Shown: piece after piece, positions 55,586-60,684 of the stretch
How the letters are laid out: each line of letters starts with the position of its first letter
Position numbering within the stretch: the stretch's first letter is position 1
Source: Nitrospirota bacterium
Lineage (GTDB): Bacteria > Nitrospirota > Thermodesulfovibrionia > UBA6902
Length of the DNA stretch: 60,684 nucleotides
NCBI GenBank assembly: GCA_016208905.1
Contig: JACQXG010000016.1
Span: forward strand, 1-60,684
Direction of reading: 5' to 3'
The notes under the pieces: model-generated
What the model saw: only the letters and a program-made list of their open reading frames with translations
Databases searched by the model: none
Told to the model about the DNA's origin: nothing
Made by a program: the position numbers and the translations under genes

Positions 55586-55749
55586 GTAACTATTCAGGTG
55601 GATAGTCTGAAGGTGTTTAGTCTATTAGCAACTGGAAAATACCAACAGTAGGCGCGTTAGTCGCTGGATGAGGCACGCTTTGTACCCTTAGTTCCGATTG
55701 TTTTTTGCTAACAGACTACAGTCTAATAGACTACAACCTGAGTAGTTAC
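55586..55749. repeat. 164-bp element with 14-bp terminal inverted repeats, copy 2
   Basis: Left GTAACTATTCAGGT (55586-55599), right ACCTGAGTAGTTAC (55736-55749). The sub-terminal sequences match 30968-31090 and the centre differs. Confidence 0.8.
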
Positions 55750-57047
55750 GCGCATTCAATATTTGCGCACTCATTAAGCGTGTCATTCTCGCTCTTGACC
55801 TGATTCCTGCCGGACCTCTTGGCAAGGTAGAGGGCGCTGTCGGCCCTTTCAAATACAGTATTGCCGTTATCTCCCTTCCTGAAGGCGCTGACTCCTACAC
55901 TTATAGTAAGGGAGATTTTTTGATTTTTATAGGAAAAGACGGACTTGTCAATATAAGAGCGAATGCCTTCCCCGGCCAGTGTTGCCCCGTTTAAATCCGT
56001 ATGCGGAAGGATAACTGCAAATTCTTCTCCGCCGTATCTGGATACGAAATCATTTATTCTGAGTCTCTCTTTAAGCAGTGAGGCGAGTTTTTTCAGGGCA
56101 AGGTCCCCGACATTATGGCCGTATGTATCATTTATTTTTTTAAAAAAGTCTATATCACAGATCATCAGAGAAGCGGGGACATTATAACGCTCAAAATTGG
56201 CAAGTGTTTCTATCATTCTTTGATCATATGCCCTCCGATTATATATACCTGTAAGATTGTCCTGAAATGTTTCGACTTCCAGCTCCTGGGACCGCTTTCT
56301 TATATCATCGGCTTCACGTTTAATTTCCAACATGCGCTTGCTCATCTTCTCAAGAGTGTTCTCAGTCTCTTTCAAACGCTGCATGTCCCGGTCTCTTTTT
56401 ATTTCGATTCCCCGGTTAATATTCTCTATTTTGCTCATAAGCGCCATCTTAACCGAATTGAAATCATTGGAGTTATTTATATTGTTTTTTATGTAACCCA
56501 TGTTTTCAGATATATTATCTTCAAAGATTCTGTCATCTTTTAATCTTTGATGCTGCGAAGTCGATTCACTTATTATATTCCCTTCAGTTTCTGCAAGATA
56601 ATTCATCGTCTGCTGAATGAAGTTCTCAAGATCGCTGTTCCGGAGAACAAGGGAGTCTATATATTTCCTGACAATTTTAATCGGCGAATCTAACCATTCC
56701 CGGGAACCGCCAGCGATCTCTTTATTATGAAGCTTTTCTTTCAGGTCACTGAGTTTTTCTGTTATGGAAGAGGGCATAAGATCAGTGAGTCTGCCCAGGA
56801 GAGTGTTGGACAACTCTTTCAGACAGTCTGGCTCTATTTCTTCTTTTGAAGCAGTGCCCCTGTTAACAAACAGTAAATTTTTGACTGAATCTCTCCAGAT
56901 CATCTTTTCGGCTATGGCCTTGCCGCTTATCTGCTTTTTATTCTCCAGGGACAATTCCTTTAAGATACTAAGAACTTCATCTGCCATAACGTAAACTTTT
57001 TCCTCAAATTCTATATTTGCGTCAGTAAGATTAATCTCCTGATTCAT
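55746..57047 (-). CDS. GGDEF diguanylate cyclase with long coiled-coil N-terminal region
   Basis: RIND I-site followed by GGEEF. GIYNRR and ALYLAKRSGRN are present. The stop codon lies inside the TIR of the adjacent element. Confidence 0.85.
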   Translation of the reverse strand: MNQEINLTDANIEFEEKVYVMADEVLSILKELSLENKKQISGKAIAEKMIWRDSVKNLLFVNRGTASKEEIEPDCLKELSNTLLGRLTDLMPSSITEKLSDLKEKLHNKEIAGGSREWLDSPIKIVRKYIDSLVLRNSDLENFIQQTMNYLAETEGNIISESTSQHQRLKDDRIFEDNISENMGYIKNNINNSNDFNSVKMALMSKIENINRGIEIKRDRDMQRLKETENTLEKMSKRMLEIKREADDIRKRSQELEVETFQDNLTGIYNRRAYDQRMIETLANFERYNVPASLMICDIDFFKKINDTYGHNVGDLALKKLASLLKERLRINDFVSRYGGEEFAVILPHTDLNGATLAGEGIRSYIDKSVFSYKNQKISLTISVGVSAFRKGDNGNTVFERADSALYLAKRSGRNQVKSENDTLNECANIECA

Positions 57048-57442
57048 TTTGTTACCCTCCTGAGAATATTGAAGTTACACAAAGACGTCTCTCACAACAA
57101 TAGTTTCCCTCCATGAACTAGTAAGCTTGTACTATTCAACTGTTTTTTTATAGTAATTTAATCGGACATTTCAATATTTACTTTAGTGAAGAAGACTATT
57201 ATATTGGCTTTTTTCGTAATGAGAACGTTAAAATGAGCGTGTCAATTTTAAAGAAGAGAGGCTGGTTAAGAATCAACTCTAAAAAGAACTACTTGAAACT
57301 GTATGTTGTTATCTTCTTGCGCGTGAACTTGATCCCTGCTTTATTAATTTAAATTTTTGCGGTACATTTTGATTGCATATTTTTGTTCTCCTTTTATGTT
57401 GTGGAATTATAGGCTTTCTAACCCTTTAATTCTTTCAAAAGG

Positions 57443-57477
57443 AGAACTTCTTTCAGGCTCTTAAGAAGTTCTTTTTT
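57443..57477 (+). terminator. weak terminator-like hairpin plus T5, overlapping an alternative upstream hairpin
   Basis: AGAACTTCTT-(10 nt)-AAGAAGTTCT-TTTTT. The 5' arm shares AGAAC with the 11-bp pairing GTTCTCCTTTT (57385-57395) / AAAAGGAGAAC (57437-57447). Confidence 0.3.
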
Positions 57478-57577
57478 CTTTAAGAAGTGTTAAGTAAACT
57501 TAAAAAAGTGTAAGTTAAGTTAACATATAATGGTATTATATTTTTGCTGATGCCTGTAAAATCAAAGTGTTATATCT

Positions 57578-57593
57578 TGGTATTAAATTTGCT
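57578..57593 (+). promoter_or_regulatory. sigma-54 (-24/-12) promoter candidate
   Basis: TGGTAT-N5-TTGCT with correct GG-N10-GC spacing. It lies 68 nt upstream of the RCC1 gene ATG. Confidence 0.5.
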
Positions 57594-57660
57594 AACTTAT
57601 TAATGACTAACTAGCATAATGTTAACATCTTAATTATACTGTTATCTTCACAAAGCAAAT

Positions 57661-60600
57661 ATGAAAATTTTAAGATTTATTTTTTACATTAAGAATAAGA
57701 TAAAATTGCATCTGATTATTGCCTTTGCTCTGGTGCAACTCATACCTATGGTATCATTAGCAGCATCTTCGAAGATTGCAGCGGGTTTTGCACATTCAAT
57801 ATCGCTCAAATCAAATGGGACATTATGGGCTTGGGGATCTAACAGCTTTGGTCAGCTTGGTGACGGCTCAACTACTGACACAAGCGCCCCTGTCCAGGTC
57901 GGCACAGATAACAAATGGGTTGCCATATCTGCTGGAGACAATTACACCATTGCCCTGAAATCAAATGGCACTTTATGGGCTTGGGGATCTAACAGCTTTG
58001 GCCAGTTGGGTGACGGCACAACTACTGACACAAGCACCCCTGTCCAAATCGGGATAGAAACTAACTGGATTGCCATATCTGCTGGAAGTAATCACACAGT
58101 GGCCCTGAAATCAAATGGGACGTTATGGGCCTGGGGATCTAACAGTTTTGGAAAATTAGGTGATGGCTCAACCACTGACATAAGCACACCTGTCCAAATC
58201 GGCACAGACAACGAATGGGTCGCCATATCTGCTGGAGACAATCACACCATTGCCCTGAAATCAAACGGGACGTTATGGGCCTGGGGTTACAATAGTTATG
58301 GCCAGCTTGGTGACGGTTCGACATCTGACAGGTTATCTCCAACCCAGATAGGCACTGATACCAGGTGGGTTACTGTCTCTGCGGGAGCCGATCACACCAT
58401 TGCCCTGAAATCAAACGGGACGTTATGGGCCTGGGGCTACAATTTATATGGCCAGCTTGGAGACGGCTCCACAATAAATAAATTATCCCCTGTCAAGATA
58501 GGCACAAATAACAACTGGGTTGCCATTTCTGCGGGAAGCGATCACTCCATGGCACTGAATACGTATGGGACGTTATGGGCCTGGGGTTACAATAGTTATG
58601 GCCAGCTTGGTGACGGCTCCACAACCGACAGGTTATCTCCAACCCAGATAGGCACAACTGATGATTGGGTCTCTATTGATGCCGGACATAATCATTCGAT
58701 ATCACTTCAATTAGGACACACGTTATCAACCTGGGGTTCTAACGGTTTTGGTCAGCTTGGTGACGGCTCCACAACCGACAAATATATTCCTGCTCAAATA
58801 TGGATGGAAAATAATTGGCGTTATGTCTCAGTTGGCACCTATCACACTGTTTTTACGAAACTGAACGGAACGTTATGGATTACTGGAAGCAACGAAGAAG
58901 GACAATTAGGTCGCAATACAACAGATACGTGCAATAGTATCCCCTGCCTGATCTATCCCGGACAGGTTAATTCTGATAATGACTGGAACTTGATAAAAGA
59001 AGGCGGCGGCGGTCACCATACAGTAGCAATCAAATCAAACGGGACCTTGTGGGCCTGGGGACGGAATGTCGAAGGCGAAATTGGAGACGGTACATTTGTC
59101 CAGAAGGACCTCCCTGTTCAGATCGGGACTAATAACACTTGGGTATCAATTGCCCTTGGAAGCCATGACACAATAGCCCTCAGATCAGACGGTACATTAT
59201 GGGGATGGGGAGATAATAGCAGTGGTCAATTAGGATTCTCTACACCTTACTCATTTAATACTCCTACGCAACTCACTGGTAATAATTATATTGCCGTGGC
59301 ATCAGGACATGACAACACAGCAGCCATCAAGGCAGATGGAACATTATGGACATGGGGAATCAATGACCGTGGCCAATTAGGTGACGGTACGACAACTACC
59401 AGAAGGTATCCGGGACAGGTAGGTTCAGACAGAGATTGGGTCTCTGTCCTTGCAGGATTCCGTCATACGGTGGCTCTGAAATCAAACGGTACTTTATGGG
59501 CCTGGGGCGGCAACTGGAATGGTCAGTTAGGAGACGGGACAACAGTTGATAAATACTCGACTGTTCAGATAGGCACGGACAATGACTGGGCGTCTATTGC
59601 ACCCGCAGAAGGCATTCATACACTGGCCCTGAAATCAAACGGGACCCTGTGGTCCTGGGGCTATAACCGTTACGGGCAATTAGGGCGCACCTCAACAGAA
59701 ACGTGTGGGACCAATCCATGTTCAACCACGCCAGGGCAGATAGGAACGGAGGATACCTGGGTCTCTATTACAGTAAGTCTGTGGACCTCATCCGCCATGA
59801 AATCAGATGGGACATTGTGGGCATGGGGCCAAAATACTAATGGTCAATTAGGAGACGGTTCAACAATCAACAAGTTTGCTCCTGTTAGAATAACCAACCG
59901 CCCGGTCGCCAATTCCGGCGGGCCGTTTGCAGGGACTGAAGGACAGCCGATAATATTGAATGGGTCCGGTTCTACGGATCTTGACGGAACTATTGAAATT
60001 TACGAATGGGATATAGATAATGACGGAATATTCGATTATAGCTCTTCATCGCCGACTCAGAGTCACTCTTATAATCAACAAGGAATATACACAGTGAAAT
60101 TAAGGGTAACAGATGATGCAGGCGCAACACATGAGGACTTGACAACGGCAAATATCTCTGACTCTTCACCGACAGCAGATTTCAGCGGAACTCCTGTGAC
60201 CGGAGCTGAATCACTTACAGTTAATTTTACCAATAACTCTGCAGGCAATGACCAGCCATTAAGTTATGAATGGGATTTTGATAATAACGGCACTGTCGAT
60301 TCAACAATCCAGAATCCGTCATATGTTTATAATGATTCCGGTATCTATACTGTAAAACTTACAGTGACGGATTCGGATGGGAGCTTGGATACATTATCAA
60401 AGATAGATTACATAACAGTCCTTCTGGATTCAGATGGAGATGGATATCCTGCGGGTCCTGATTGTGATGATACTAACGCGTCAATCAACCCCGGAGCAGT
60501 GGAAACATGCGACGGCATAGATAATGACTGCAATTCATCAACATCAGACGGTGAGGGGGAATTATGGTATGGGAATATAACAAACTGCGGTACAGGCGAG

Positions 60601-60684
60601 TGCAGTAATACAGGTCAATGGATATGTTCCGGAGGTATTAAGACAGATACATGTTCACCTGAGCAACCACTCACAGAAGGTCCC
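57661..60684 (+). CDS. secreted RCC1-repeat (2 x 7 blades) / PKD x2 / Cys-rich metal-binding-motif protein, 3'-truncated by the window
   Basis: The frame is open from the ATG at 57661 to the window end (1008 codons), so it is absent from the ORF track. Signal peptide. 14 units of the type [25 protein letters not shown]. Two PKD units (YEWDIDNDG...[12 protein letters not shown] and YEWDFDNNG...[12 protein letters not shown]). Then [36 protein letters not shown]. Confidence 0.85.
   Translation, partial: [1008 protein letters not shown]
57790..59870 (+). repeat. 14 tandem ~150-bp coding repeats (RCC1 blades), several nearly identical at the DNA level
   Basis: For example, the 46-nt string ATCACACCATTGCCCTGAAATCAAACGGGACGTTATGGGCCTGGGG occurs at both 58241-58286 and 58391-58436. 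Confidence 0.85.

Noticed and set aside
57790-59870. Regularly spaced ~150-bp repeats (and the 123-bp and 78-bp repeats elsewhere) as a CRISPR array
   Set aside because: The repeats are contiguous without unique spacers. They are in frame and translate to RCC1 blades. Those at 27718 translate to AMIN linker units and those at 42044 to FliK units.

Overview
AT-rich (by eye) bacterial chromosomal window dominated by motility and signalling genes. There is no obvious phage, plasmid, CRISPR, tRNA or rRNA content.

Layout:
- 1-23.3 kb: mostly housekeeping and envelope genes. These are a TPR protein, a multihaem cytochrome, a B12-type radical SAM enzyme, a TMTC/PMT-like glycosyltransferase, TerC, an SGNH hydrolase, a sulfatase-fold protein, asnS, an ExeA/GspB-like pair, an HD-GYP protein, the aat-clpA-clpS N-degron module, ribF, a REC-GGDEF-HD-GYP protein, an Isf-like flavoprotein and rlmN.
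- 23.5-32.4 kb: a regulatory block. It holds a CheY-like / CheC-like / PAS-GGDEF operon, a sigma-54 enhancer-binding response regulator bracketed by ~180-bp direct repeats, a secreted AMIN/TPR protein, a soluble PAS histidine kinase and a second sigma-54 response regulator.
- 32.7-45.2 kb: a Bacillus-like early flagellar operon, flgB-flgC-fliE-fliF-fliG-fliH-fliI-fliJ-ylxF-like-[group II intron]-fliK-flgD-flgE.
- 45.3-55.4 kb, minus strand: a small two-CW-type cysteine-rich protein and a chemotaxis operon (HEAT-cheR-REC-cheY-cheA-mcp-cheW::cheZ fusion-cheW-cheB).
- 55.7-60.7 kb: a GGDEF gene and the 5' 3 kb of a giant secreted RCC1/PKD/Cys-rich protein that runs off the window.

Most interesting points:
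1. A CheW-CheZ fusion inside the che operon.
2. A translationally coupled CheY-like / CheC-like / PAS-GGDEF trio.
3. A sigma-54 activator gene flanked by ~180-bp direct repeats with long internal inverted repeats, the downstream copy sitting ~120 bp upstream of a near-consensus sigma-54 promoter.
4. A GC-rich group II intron placed directly after an intrinsic terminator hairpin inside the flagellar operon.
5. A near-consensus FliA (sigma-28) promoter driving a small two-CW cysteine-rich protein.
6. A two-copy element with 14-bp terminal inverted repeats that supplies stop codons to two genes.
7. A family of heptanucleotide tandem tracts, two of them in frame inside genes (fliH and the gspB-like gene).

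Limits: all calls come from reading the ORF translations and the DNA by eye. No database search, HMM or folding program was run. Start codons, intron boundaries and promoter calls are approximate.
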